Source: a virus
IMG/VR virus record: IMGVR_UViG_3300017788_004205
Span: 1 to 64,000 of that record
Length of the DNA: 64,000 nucleotides
Reading direction: 5' to 3' (one strand)
Positions within the stretch are counted from its first letter, which is position 1; the number at the start of each line of letters is the position of its first letter. The translations under genes and the position numbers were made by a program. Below, in pieces: positions 38,966-46,628 of the stretch. The notes beneath the pieces are model-generated. The model did no database searches and was not told the origin of the DNA. It saw only the letters and a list, made by a program, of their open reading frames with translations.

Positions 38966-39765
38966 TGAATTTATTCTCTAAAATATTTTCAATTTTTAGC
39001 TCTGTTCTTAAAAATAAAGAAGAAGAGCAAACTTATTCTTTTAGTTTACCCTTTTCAGGTTTTCAAAACATTAGAGAGTATGAATGTATAGGTGAGTATG
39101 AACCTCAGGCTACAATTATAGAATTAGTTCCTATTCCGAATGGAAATAAAATAGAATTTCTGCAAAGAAAAACTTATCATATACTTCCAATAGATAAGAC
39201 GATAGATAGAAGTAATGCTTCTTTTGATTTTAGTTCAGTAGAATTAGAAAATATAAAAAGAGAACTTGATAAGATTATATTTTTTGAATTAAGTGAGATG
39301 GGTAGAATAACAGCACTGACTCTATCTAAAAGAAAAGATAATATGCCAATGCTTGCTTTGTCTCACCAAACAACAAAAGATTCAATCATCTATAAAATTA
39401 AATTTGCAGATAATCTTTTAAAGGATATGAATGGCATAGGAATTAAAAATATAACTGTGTCTAATTCTATCTTTACAAAGATAAAGGATAGCATTAAAGA
39501 TGGTATGTTAGAAATAAATAAAAAAGAAGTTCAAGTACATCTCTTACCTGAATATCTTGATAAAGAAGATGAACTTTGCTTACTTCTCTCTTGTATTCAA
39601 AAAGATTCAGAAAATCCAAGTCTTATTTTTAACAAGACACCCGTTACGGTGGTCTCAAAAATTACTAAAGACAAGGTCAAATCTACAAGAATTTCATTTA
39701 GTTATGGATTACACAAATGTGGAACTAACCACAATTTCTCTTACTTAAGATTTTTTAAAACATAA
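38962..39765 (+). CDS. Possible divergent major-capsid (gp23/gp24) paralog
   Basis: Ordered motifs reminiscent of the gp23 C-terminal half (see findings). Confidence 0.4.
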   Translation: MMNLFSKIFSIFSSVLKNKEEEQTYSFSLPFSGFQNIREYECIGEYEPQATIIELVPIPNGNKIEFLQRKTYHILPIDKTIDRSNASFDFSSVELENIKRELDKIIFFELSEMGRITALTLSKRKDNMPMLALSHQTTKDSIIYKIKFADNLLKDMNGIGIKNITVSNSIFTKIKDSIKDGMLEINKKEVQVHLLPEYLDKEDELCLLLSCIQKDSENPSLIFNKTPVTVVSKITKDKVKSTRISFSYGLHKCGTNHNFSYLRFFKT

Positions 39766-39775
39766 TAGAATTACA

Positions 39776-40186
39776 ATGGAACCAATCATCCCACAAAATC
39801 AAGCATCATCTGTTCCTATGCAGATAACTGACGATGTATTAAATACATTGAATGTTGATTCAAATGAACTTTCAAAAGAAGCAGAAGAAGCACTTAAACA
39901 AACTGCTATGAGAACTATTATTTATCAGATTTCTGCCAATTATAGAGAAGAACTTGAAAATCTCTTAGGTGAGGATAACATAGATGAAAATGGTCAACCT
40001 AAGGCCTTACAAGAAGCCATTATACCAAAAGAACTCTATGAGTTTATATGTAAAAACACCATAGGTATGATTCCTGATATAGAAATTGAAATTATAGAGG
40101 AATCTGAGCAAATTCAAGAAGATTCTATTGTAGCTGAAGAAGAATCAAATTCAGATGAATCAGAAAATTCTTTTGAAGAAGAATGA
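39776..40186 (+). CDS. Acidic hypothetical protein
   Basis: 136 aa, Glu-rich tail. Confidence 0.6.
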   Translation: MEPIIPQNQASSVPMQITDDVLNTLNVDSNELSKEAEEALKQTAMRTIIYQISANYREELENLLGEDNIDENGQPKALQEAIIPKELYEFICKNTIGMIPDIEIEIIEESEQIQEDSIVAEEESNSDESENSFEEE

Positions 40187-40203
40187 CCTTTTCTTAAAAA
40201 GAA

Positions 40204-40211
40204 GATATATA
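40204..40211 (+). promoter_or_regulatory. Putative late promoter GATATATA
   Basis: 24 nt upstream of ATG 40235. Confidence 0.65.
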
Positions 40212-40234
40212 GAGTAAAATAAATCACTTATACC

Positions 40235-40537
40235 ATGAAAGATGAAATATCAAATAATCAGTTCTGGGAACGGTATTTAGATATTAAAGATGGTGACATC
40301 AGACCAACTCCAAGAGATTTCGCTCTTTCAAGAAAGAATGATATAAAACATGTTGGATTTGATTATAGATTAAATGTTTTTAACAAGTCTATAAGCAATG
40401 TTATCTTGGGAGAAGAAAAAAGGTCTGTTCTTATAGGTCTTTTAGAAGTATTGGTTGATTATTTAATTGATTCTGTAAAGAATATTAAAAAGCATCATAA
40501 TTTTGCTATTTCCAAGAAATGGCGAGATTTTAACTAA
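40235..40537 (+). CDS. Hypothetical protein
   Basis: 100 aa ORF after late promoter. Confidence 0.6.
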   Translation: MKDEISNNQFWERYLDIKDGDIRPTPRDFALSRKNDIKHVGFDYRLNVFNKSISNVILGEEKRSVLIGLLEVLVDYLIDSVKNIKKHHNFAISKKWRDFN

Positions 40538-40575
40538 GTTTGTTATTCGACCATTTATATTTTGAGGTTTGTCTC

Positions 40576-41277
40576 ATGTTGCACGAAAGAAAAAATGAAG
40601 TATTCCAAGAACTCTTTGATTCTTGTTTGAATTTACAATACGGTAAAGCAAAAGATTATGCTACTAATTCCGATGCCTTATCAAATTTCAAAAGCCAAGA
40701 TGCTGAAATGTTAGGTCTAACGCCTTTTCAAAAATGGGGAGTTTATTTTGGAAAACAAGCTATGTCAATTCTTGGTGCAATTGGAAAGAATCCAAAATAT
40801 CCTTCTACAACATCCGAGCCGATAGAAGAAAGAATACAAGATGCTATTATTTATTTAGTTTTACTGAAATGCTTACTTGAAGATTCAAAGGAATCTGAAA
40901 TTTTACCAAGTGTTGATGTTTCAGATTATGTAATTAATACTGTCGTTGGTGTTAATACTTCTGAAAAAGAAGAATCTACTCCCTCAAAGGCAGATAGAAT
41001 TAGTATAGAAAAGGACTCTGAAAATAGAACCTTTAAGATAACATTTCAAGATAGAAAAGAAGCCATCACGATGGCTAATATTTTGGCATATTCTGAAAGC
41101 AATCCTTATGCTATTGTAGAATTTAAACCAGTTCGTATAATAAATAATAGGGTTGGAGAATATATAATTATTGAAAAAAGGCAATGGCTGAATGAAGAGT
41201 GGAAACCCTTCATTTCCTTAGAAGAGCCAGATTTCAACGAAACTTGGTTTCTTTATCACAAAAATTTGAAAAAGTGA
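40576..41277 (+). CDS. Nucleotide-modification-associated/all-alpha NTP pyrophosphatase-like domain protein
   Basis: KAKDYA...LSNFK...EPIEERIQDAIIYLVLL; GAGG RBS before ATG 40576. Confidence 0.5.
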   Translation: MLHERKNEVFQELFDSCLNLQYGKAKDYATNSDALSNFKSQDAEMLGLTPFQKWGVYFGKQAMSILGAIGKNPKYPSTTSEPIEERIQDAIIYLVLLKCLLEDSKESEILPSVDVSDYVINTVVGVNTSEKEESTPSKADRISIEKDSENRTFKITFQDRKEAITMANILAYSESNPYAIVEFKPVRIINNRVGEYIIIEKRQWLNEEWKPFISLEEPDFNETWFLYHKNLKK

Positions 41278-41283
41278 TATATA
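41276..41283 (+). promoter_or_regulatory. Putative late promoter GATATATA
   Basis: 36 nt upstream of ATG 41319. Confidence 0.65.
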
Positions 41284-41318
41284 CATAATACAAAATAAAA
41301 TTTCATATTAAAAACACT

Positions 41319-42089
41319 ATGGCTATTACATTACAAACGATTTTGGCTACCAATTCCTTTTCTGCTTCGAGGGTTATTATCAATAATAACTTTACGGCAG
41401 TTAAAGGTTCTATTGATGCTTTGGAAGGATATTTGAGTTCTTCTACTGGTGCATTGAGTGCCACTTCTGCTTATATTGAAAGGGGCTCCAATCCTATAAA
41501 TACAGTTCTTGTGACCTGTGAAGCCTCTGGTGCTTTTTTAGGTAATCTTTCTGTTAGTGGAACAAGTGGTCTTACATCTACTTCAATTACATCTACTGCT
41601 GGAATGACGGTTACTGGTGGAGACGTTCTTTTGAGCGATTCATCTCGCAAACTTGATATTAGCGGTAAATTGGTTTTAGATGGAGAGATTGTTCATAAGG
41701 ATTTTGGAAATTCCTTCTTGGATGCTTCTGATGAAGCTTCTTATGACCCAGCGAATGTTTCTACAATCACAGTTTCACATAAGCAAGCTATTCTTTCTGT
41801 TAGCGGTATTCACTCTATTATGCTTGATTTTTCAGGTTATGATGGAACTACAAATCTTGTAAAATCATTTTCTCTTCCTGTTGGTTCAACAACTGGTCAA
41901 ACATTGGAGATTGTTGTTAAGACCGATGTTGTAAGTGGTGTTTATATGGAAAAAACGAATGTTGCAAATATGACAGGAACTCAGAAGTTATACTTTACAA
42001 ATTCACCGCATGATTATCAATCTGTTCAACTTCGTTGGACTGGAGCTGTTTGGATTATTACAAATATCCTTGGCGCTGCGATTTCTTAA
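41319..42089 (+). CDS. Probable virion structural (fibre/baseplate-associated) protein
   Basis: N-terminal ILATNSFSASRVIINNNF, Ser/Thr/Gly-rich beta content, C-terminal SVQLRWTGAVWII. Confidence 0.6.
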   Translation: MAITLQTILATNSFSASRVIINNNFTAVKGSIDALEGYLSSSTGALSATSAYIERGSNPINTVLVTCEASGAFLGNLSVSGTSGLTSTSITSTAGMTVTGGDVLLSDSSRKLDISGKLVLDGEIVHKDFGNSFLDASDEASYDPANVSTITVSHKQAILSVSGIHSIMLDFSGYDGTTNLVKSFSLPVGSTTGQTLEIVVKTDVVSGVYMEKTNVANMTGTQKLYFTNSPHDYQSVQLRWTGAVWIITNILGAAIS

Positions 42090-42110
42090 AATTCACTCTA
42101 AATTGAAAAT

Positions 42111-42136
42111 AAAAAGCCCGATTTCTCGGGCTTTTT
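42111..42136. terminator. Bidirectional intrinsic terminator
   Basis: AAAAAGCCCGA-TTTC-TCGGGCTTTTT. Confidence 0.85.
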
Positions 42137-42153
42137 CTTTTTATTTAATTTTT

Positions 42154-42480
42154 TCACTTAAAACAATATGCTATTCCTATTTTAACATCGGATGTATCAT
42201 TTAATACTTCAATTAATCTTAATGTTTTAAATTCTTGTGTTCCACTCAATATTATCAAATCGCCTTCTTTTATTCTATGAGGGCTCCTCCAAGCTATTCT
42301 TACCCGCATTATACCATCTTCGGAAGAACTTTTCATTCTATCCAAAATGGTGCAATATTCAGAATCTTTGAATGAAGAAAAATCATGTCTTTTTCTAATT
42401 CTATCTGGAATTTCTTCTCGAAATTCTATTATTTTTTTAGGTTGTTTTTTTCTAAACAGTCTCCTAAAAAATGTAAACAT
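42154..42480 (-). CDS. Hypothetical protein
   Basis: 108 aa ORF. Confidence 0.55.
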   Translation of the reverse strand: MFTFFRRLFRKKQPKKIIEFREEIPDRIRKRHDFSSFKDSEYCTILDRMKSSSEDGIMRVRIAWRSPHRIKEGDLIILSGTQEFKTLRLIEVLNDTSDVKIGIAYCFK

Positions 42481-42481
42481 A

Positions 42482-42676
42482 TTATTGTCCTTCTAAAACG
42501 CGTAGACTTCTAATAAACATGGAAAGTTCTTCTTCATTCAATTCTGTAATTGAATTAACATTGAATTCTGCTAATCTTTTAAGATAGTTCTTTGCAGATT
42601 GTTCTCTTAGAGCTTGTTCATCGTTTTGGATGATTCTTGAACGTACTTGTTCAGTTGTTTCTGTAAATGTTTTCAT
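42482..42676 (-). CDS. Small hypothetical late protein
   Basis: MKTFTE start; GATATATA on minus strand at 42701-42708. Confidence 0.6.
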   Translation of the reverse strand: MKTFTETTEQVRSRIIQNDEQALREQSAKNYLKRLAEFNVNSITELNEEELSMFIRSLRVLEGQ

Positions 42677-42719
42677 AGTGGATTACATTTTAATTTTAAC
42701 TATATATCACAAAATGAAT

Positions 42720-43103
42720 TTATGATTTCCTATTTTGTTGATTTTCAATCTCTTTATTTAAATTTTCATAAGTTGTAAAGAGTCTTTTCCACTCTTCTCT
42801 TATTACTTTTTTTACAAATTCCGCCAAAGTTTCTCTTACTGCGAGGTTATTTGAGAGAATTGCTCTTAAAAGAAGACTTTGATTTGCAAAATCAAGTGTA
42901 TCTTCATCTAATATAATAGACTTCTTTTTAGGCTTTTTTACTTCTTTTTTTTCTTGCGCTAACTGCTCATCATATGAAGCATTCAGCCTTTCTGCTACCT
43001 GTTTGAAGACTTCTTCTTCTTCTTTGTTTAAGATAGTTTCTTCTATTTCCTTGAAAATCTTTTGTGTGAAACCTTTTTTAAGTCTTATACCTGCTTGACT
43101 CAT
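42720..43103 (-). CDS. Hypothetical helical protein
   Basis: 127 aa ORF. Confidence 0.6.
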   Translation of the reverse strand: MSQAGIRLKKGFTQKIFKEIEETILNKEEEEVFKQVAERLNASYDEQLAQEKKEVKKPKKKSIILDEDTLDFANQSLLLRAILSNNLAVRETLAEFVKKVIREEWKRLFTTYENLNKEIENQQNRKS

Positions 43104-43146
43104 TTTTTTAAGTTTATTTTTGATAAAATAACTGAATTATCAGTTT

Positions 43147-43216
43147 TTGAACTTAGTTTTTTTTATGACTATAATGTATATGTTAAATAAGTAATTTAAT
43201 TGTACCAATATATATT
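43147..43216. promoter_or_regulatory. sigma70-like promoter (TTGAAC-N17-TATAAT, 43147-43175) plus palindromic AATATATATT late-type site (43207-43216)
   Basis: Direct motif matches in the divergent intergenic region. Confidence 0.6.
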
Positions 43217-43241
43217 CAAAAATTAATTTTTGTTCTAATAA

Positions 43242-43733
43242 ATGAAAGATATTAAAAAATTAAAACCTAATAATAATGGCCCATTTAGACAAGGTTATTA
43301 TAAGGTAAATAATCCTCAAAAATATGCAGGAGACCCAAGAGTTGTTATTTATCGTTCTTCTTGGGAAAGAAAATTCATGATTTTATGTGATTTAAGTCCC
43401 CAAATAGTTAGATGGGGCTCTGAGCCTGTTCAAATAAAGTATTTAAGCCCTATTGACAATAAAATGCACAATTACAATGTAGATTTCTTTATAGAAGTCC
43501 TTGATAATGAAGGAAAAAGGATGAAATACATTGTTGAGATAAAACCAAGTTCTCAAATTTCAAGAGAACCTATTTTAGAAGGCAAAGTAACTGAAAAGAA
43601 GCTTCAAAGACATGCTGAATTAACAAAAATGTATCATGTCAATAAAGCAAAGCAAATAGCGGCTATGAAATGGGCATTAGATAGAAACATGAAATATGTT
43701 GTCCTAACAGAAGAAAATTGGCCGTTTAAATAA
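43242..43733 (+). CDS. Head completion nuclease, T4 gp4-like
   Basis: QGYYKVNNPQKYAGDP..VIYRSSWERKFM..CD...WGSE...YNVDF...VEIKP. Confidence 0.88.
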   Translation: MKDIKKLKPNNNGPFRQGYYKVNNPQKYAGDPRVVIYRSSWERKFMILCDLSPQIVRWGSEPVQIKYLSPIDNKMHNYNVDFFIEVLDNEGKRMKYIVEIKPSSQISREPILEGKVTEKKLQRHAELTKMYHVNKAKQIAAMKWALDRNMKYVVLTEENWPFK

Positions 43734-43749
43734 ATTTTGGTAAAATTTT

Positions 43750-44373
43750 ATGTTTCAAACCATTACAGAAGCGGTCGATACCTTAAAAAAAGGATATAAA
43801 GAAGCAAGAGAAGTCTTAGGCGAAGAAGTGCAAGAGTGGTTTAGGCAAAAGTATCTTTTGCAAAAGCAACCAATAGAAGATAAACTTTACACAGTTCCAA
43901 GTTTAATTCCAAGAGGAAAGATTTATTTTGGAGTCTATGATTTCAAAGGAAAGTCTGAGAAGGGCTTTTATGATGTATTTCCACTTGTATTTCATATAAG
44001 CACAGCTCCTTATAAAAATATTGATTTTAGGCTTGGAGGTCTAAATTTGAATTATTATGATAATATCAAGAGAGCTGTCTTTATAGATGCTATTTCGACC
44101 TTTTTTCAAAACTACATAGAAGAAAATAAGAAGCGTTTAGAAGTCAAAGATTTAACTCAATATTCAGTTGAAGGAATGAATGAATTTTTAAACGGATATA
44201 TAGGAGAACTGGGTTTTAGATACAGAAAAAATAGAGAATCATACATCTGGTCTCAATTCAGACCTTCTACTGTTTTACCGATAGATTATGAAGATTGGAA
44301 GTGGTTACCTCTTTTAACTCCAACGGGAGTTTCTGGTCAAACTCTATCGAAAATACAATCAAGTAGTTACTAA
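43750..44373 (+). CDS. DNA end protector, T4 gp2-like
   Basis: GKIYFGVYDFKGK...FYDVFPLVF...GLNLNYY; adjacent to gp4-like gene. Confidence 0.7.
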   Translation: MFQTITEAVDTLKKGYKEAREVLGEEVQEWFRQKYLLQKQPIEDKLYTVPSLIPRGKIYFGVYDFKGKSEKGFYDVFPLVFHISTAPYKNIDFRLGGLNLNYYDNIKRAVFIDAISTFFQNYIEENKKRLEVKDLTQYSVEGMNEFLNGYIGELGFRYRKNRESYIWSQFRPSTVLPIDYEDWKWLPLLTPTGVSGQTLSKIQSSSY

Positions 44374-44390
44374 TTATACAAGATAATATT

Positions 44391-46040
44391 ATGGCAGGAT
44401 TTGTATCAAAAGAATCAAATAGAACATACGGTTTCACATCTGGAACCGCAGATAGTGTTCGTAAACTCTCTTCATTCGGGATGTATTATGACGATTTGAT
44501 TATCCAAAGGCGACAAGCGGCTGGTGAAACAGAAACAAATATGGGCGGTTCTGGTGCAATCGGTCATTCTGTTTATGGTGGATATGGTTCTGCTCAATGG
44601 GACCAAAGACTTCTTGCGGCTATGGCTATGCAAGATATTGGAGGCATAAAGGCATTAGCCATCTACGACTCTAATTATGTTTCAAAAAGAGATTTCCTCC
44701 GTTCATTTTCTTTGAATGATGAGATTGTTGAGATTTTAGATACTATTGCTGATGAAGCTATTGTATATGACGATAAAAATTGGTTTTGTTATCCAGATAC
44801 AAGAGGTTTGGAGAGTGTTTTAAGTGACAGTAAAAAAGAAGAAGTAGTTGATGCAATCCACGAAGAGTTTAAGAAGCTCTATGTGAAATTTGGATTTAAC
44901 AATAACACAAAAGCTTGGAACCTTTTTAGACAGTATCTTATAGATGGTTTCTTGGCTTTTGAAATTGTAACTGATGAAGAAGGCGAAGATGTTATAGCCT
45001 TGAATAAATTAGACCCATCTACTGTTGAATTATCAACAATCTTAGGTGAAGATGGCCAAGAGTATGTTGTTTGGTTGCAAAAAGTTGGAAATGATAATGA
45101 ACAAAGGATTATTTATGATTCTTCTTTGATTTATATAGCATATGCTCAAAATCTTCAAATGGATAGGGTTTCTTATGTAGAAAGACTTGTGAGACCTCTT
45201 AATCTTTTGAGATTGATTGAAAATTCAAAGGTGATGTGGCATATCATGTATGCTCAATTTAGAATGAAAATGACTATTCCTATTGGAAGCAACTCTCCTC
45301 AAAAAGCAAAACAAGAATTATCAGAAATCTTAAATCATTATAAAGAAGAAATATTCTTTAATGATGCAGATGGTACTCTTAGCATTAATGGTCGTCCTTC
45401 TATCCCATTCTTCAAGCATTTCATGTTTCCATCAAAAGATGGCAACTCTCCAAATGTTGAGGTAATTGGTGGTCAAGGTGGGCCTGATTTGTCAAATCCA
45501 GACTTTCTTAAATATTTTGAGATGAAATTAAGAAGAGCATCTAAAATTCCTATGTCAAGATTCGGTGAGGGTGGGGGAACATTCTCTACTGCGGCAGAAG
45601 GAATCCAAAGAGATGAAGTTCGTTTTTCTAATTTCGTTAATAGATTGCGTTCTGGATTCCAAGAAATCATGCTAAAACCTTTGGTTTTACAGATTATTAT
45701 GAAATATCCTGAATTTCAAGGAGACCATCTTTTTAAGTCAAGCATAGGTATAAAGTTCAATAGAGACAATAGTTTTGAGACAGCAAGAAAAGTTGAGGTT
45801 ATGAAAAACCGAGTTGATACTATAACTTCTTTATTGGGAGTTCCAAAAACAAAGGATGATTCTTACTTTGACCTTGATTTTGCTATGGAAAACTTCATGA
45901 ACATGACTCGTGATGAACTAAAAGAAAACAAGTCAATGCTCAAAGAAAAGGAAAAGAAATCGGGCGACCAACCAGGTGACCAACCTGTTGATACGGAAGA
46001 AGGCGGAGGAGAAGCATCAACAGAAGCACCAGCTCTATAA
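44391..46040 (+). CDS. Portal vertex protein, T4 gp20-like
   Basis: EIVEILDTIADEAIV, FRQYLIDG, SYVERLVRPLNLLRLIE, YFEMKLRRASKIPMSRF, IQRDEVRFSNFVNRLRSGF. Confidence 0.92.
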   Translation: MAGFVSKESNRTYGFTSGTADSVRKLSSFGMYYDDLIIQRRQAAGETETNMGGSGAIGHSVYGGYGSAQWDQRLLAAMAMQDIGGIKALAIYDSNYVSKRDFLRSFSLNDEIVEILDTIADEAIVYDDKNWFCYPDTRGLESVLSDSKKEEVVDAIHEEFKKLYVKFGFNNNTKAWNLFRQYLIDGFLAFEIVTDEEGEDVIALNKLDPSTVELSTILGEDGQEYVVWLQKVGNDNEQRIIYDSSLIYIAYAQNLQMDRVSYVERLVRPLNLLRLIENSKVMWHIMYAQFRMKMTIPIGSNSPQKAKQELSEILNHYKEEIFFNDADGTLSINGRPSIPFFKHFMFPSKDGNSPNVEVIGGQGGPDLSNPDFLKYFEMKLRRASKIPMSRFGEGGGTFSTAAEGIQRDEVRFSNFVNRLRSGFQEIMLKPLVLQIIMKYPEFQGDHLFKSSIGIKFNRDNSFETARKVEVMKNRVDTITSLLGVPKTKDDSYFDLDFAMENFMNMTRDELKENKSMLKEKEKKSGDQPGDQPVDTEEGGGEASTEAPAL

Positions 46041-46079
46041 AATTAACCCGAGGATTAAACAATAATCTTCGGGTTAATT
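46041..46079 (+). terminator. Hairpin/terminator after portal
   Basis: AATTAACCCGAGGATTA...TAATCTTCGGGTTAATT inverted repeat. Confidence 0.6.
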
Positions 46080-46110
46080 CATAATACTCTATTTTACAGG
46101 GCTTATGCTT

Positions 46111-46118
46111 GATATATA
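46111..46118 (+). promoter_or_regulatory. Putative late promoter GATATATA heading the cargo cluster
   Basis: 34 nt upstream of ATG 46152. Confidence 0.65.
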
Positions 46119-46151
46119 GAGATAGTTACAAAACATAAAAAATAATATTTT

Positions 46152-46616
46152 ATGAAAATCTTCGAGGAATACAAAAAAGACAAAGTGCATGAAGCCAAAG
46201 TATATGCTGGCGAACCTTTAAAAGAGGACATGGAAACTATCAAAAAGCATATAAATTCAGTCATTTTGAAGCCTTATAAGGTAAAAGCAGAGATATTTTC
46301 ACTGCATAGAGATTTTGGCGATTCTCAAACATTCATATCTAATCCCATAAGTGGAGCAGGTTTAGGTATATTCGGCCCAGCTATTGAGTATGTTCAATTA
46401 AATTTGGTTGTATCCAATCTGCCAAATAAATCAAATGCAAAAGAAATTGAGTTTTTGATTCGCTATACAACAAAAAGCAATTTGAATAACTCATTCCCAA
46501 GCGGTAAATATATTTTACAGGATGGGGTTATACAATTTGTAAGTTCAGAGGAAAACAAGCCTATTGAAGAAGTGGGTGAATCTAAATTTGCGGTTTCAAG
46601 CCACGATGAAATATAA
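46152..46616 (+). CDS. Putative internal head protein
   Basis: MKIFEEYKKDKVHE-A N-terminus. Confidence 0.55.
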   Translation: MKIFEEYKKDKVHEAKVYAGEPLKEDMETIKKHINSVILKPYKVKAEIFSLHRDFGDSQTFISNPISGAGLGIFGPAIEYVQLNLVVSNLPNKSNAKEIEFLIRYTTKSNLNNSFPSGKYILQDGVIQFVSSEENKPIEEVGESKFAVSSHDEI

Positions 46617-46628
46617 TTTTTTTATAAA

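Noticed and set aside
43242-43733. TnsA-like nuclease as a sign of a Tn7 transposon
   Set aside because: Context (gp2, portal) and motifs match T4 gp4; no TnsB/TnsC or element ends
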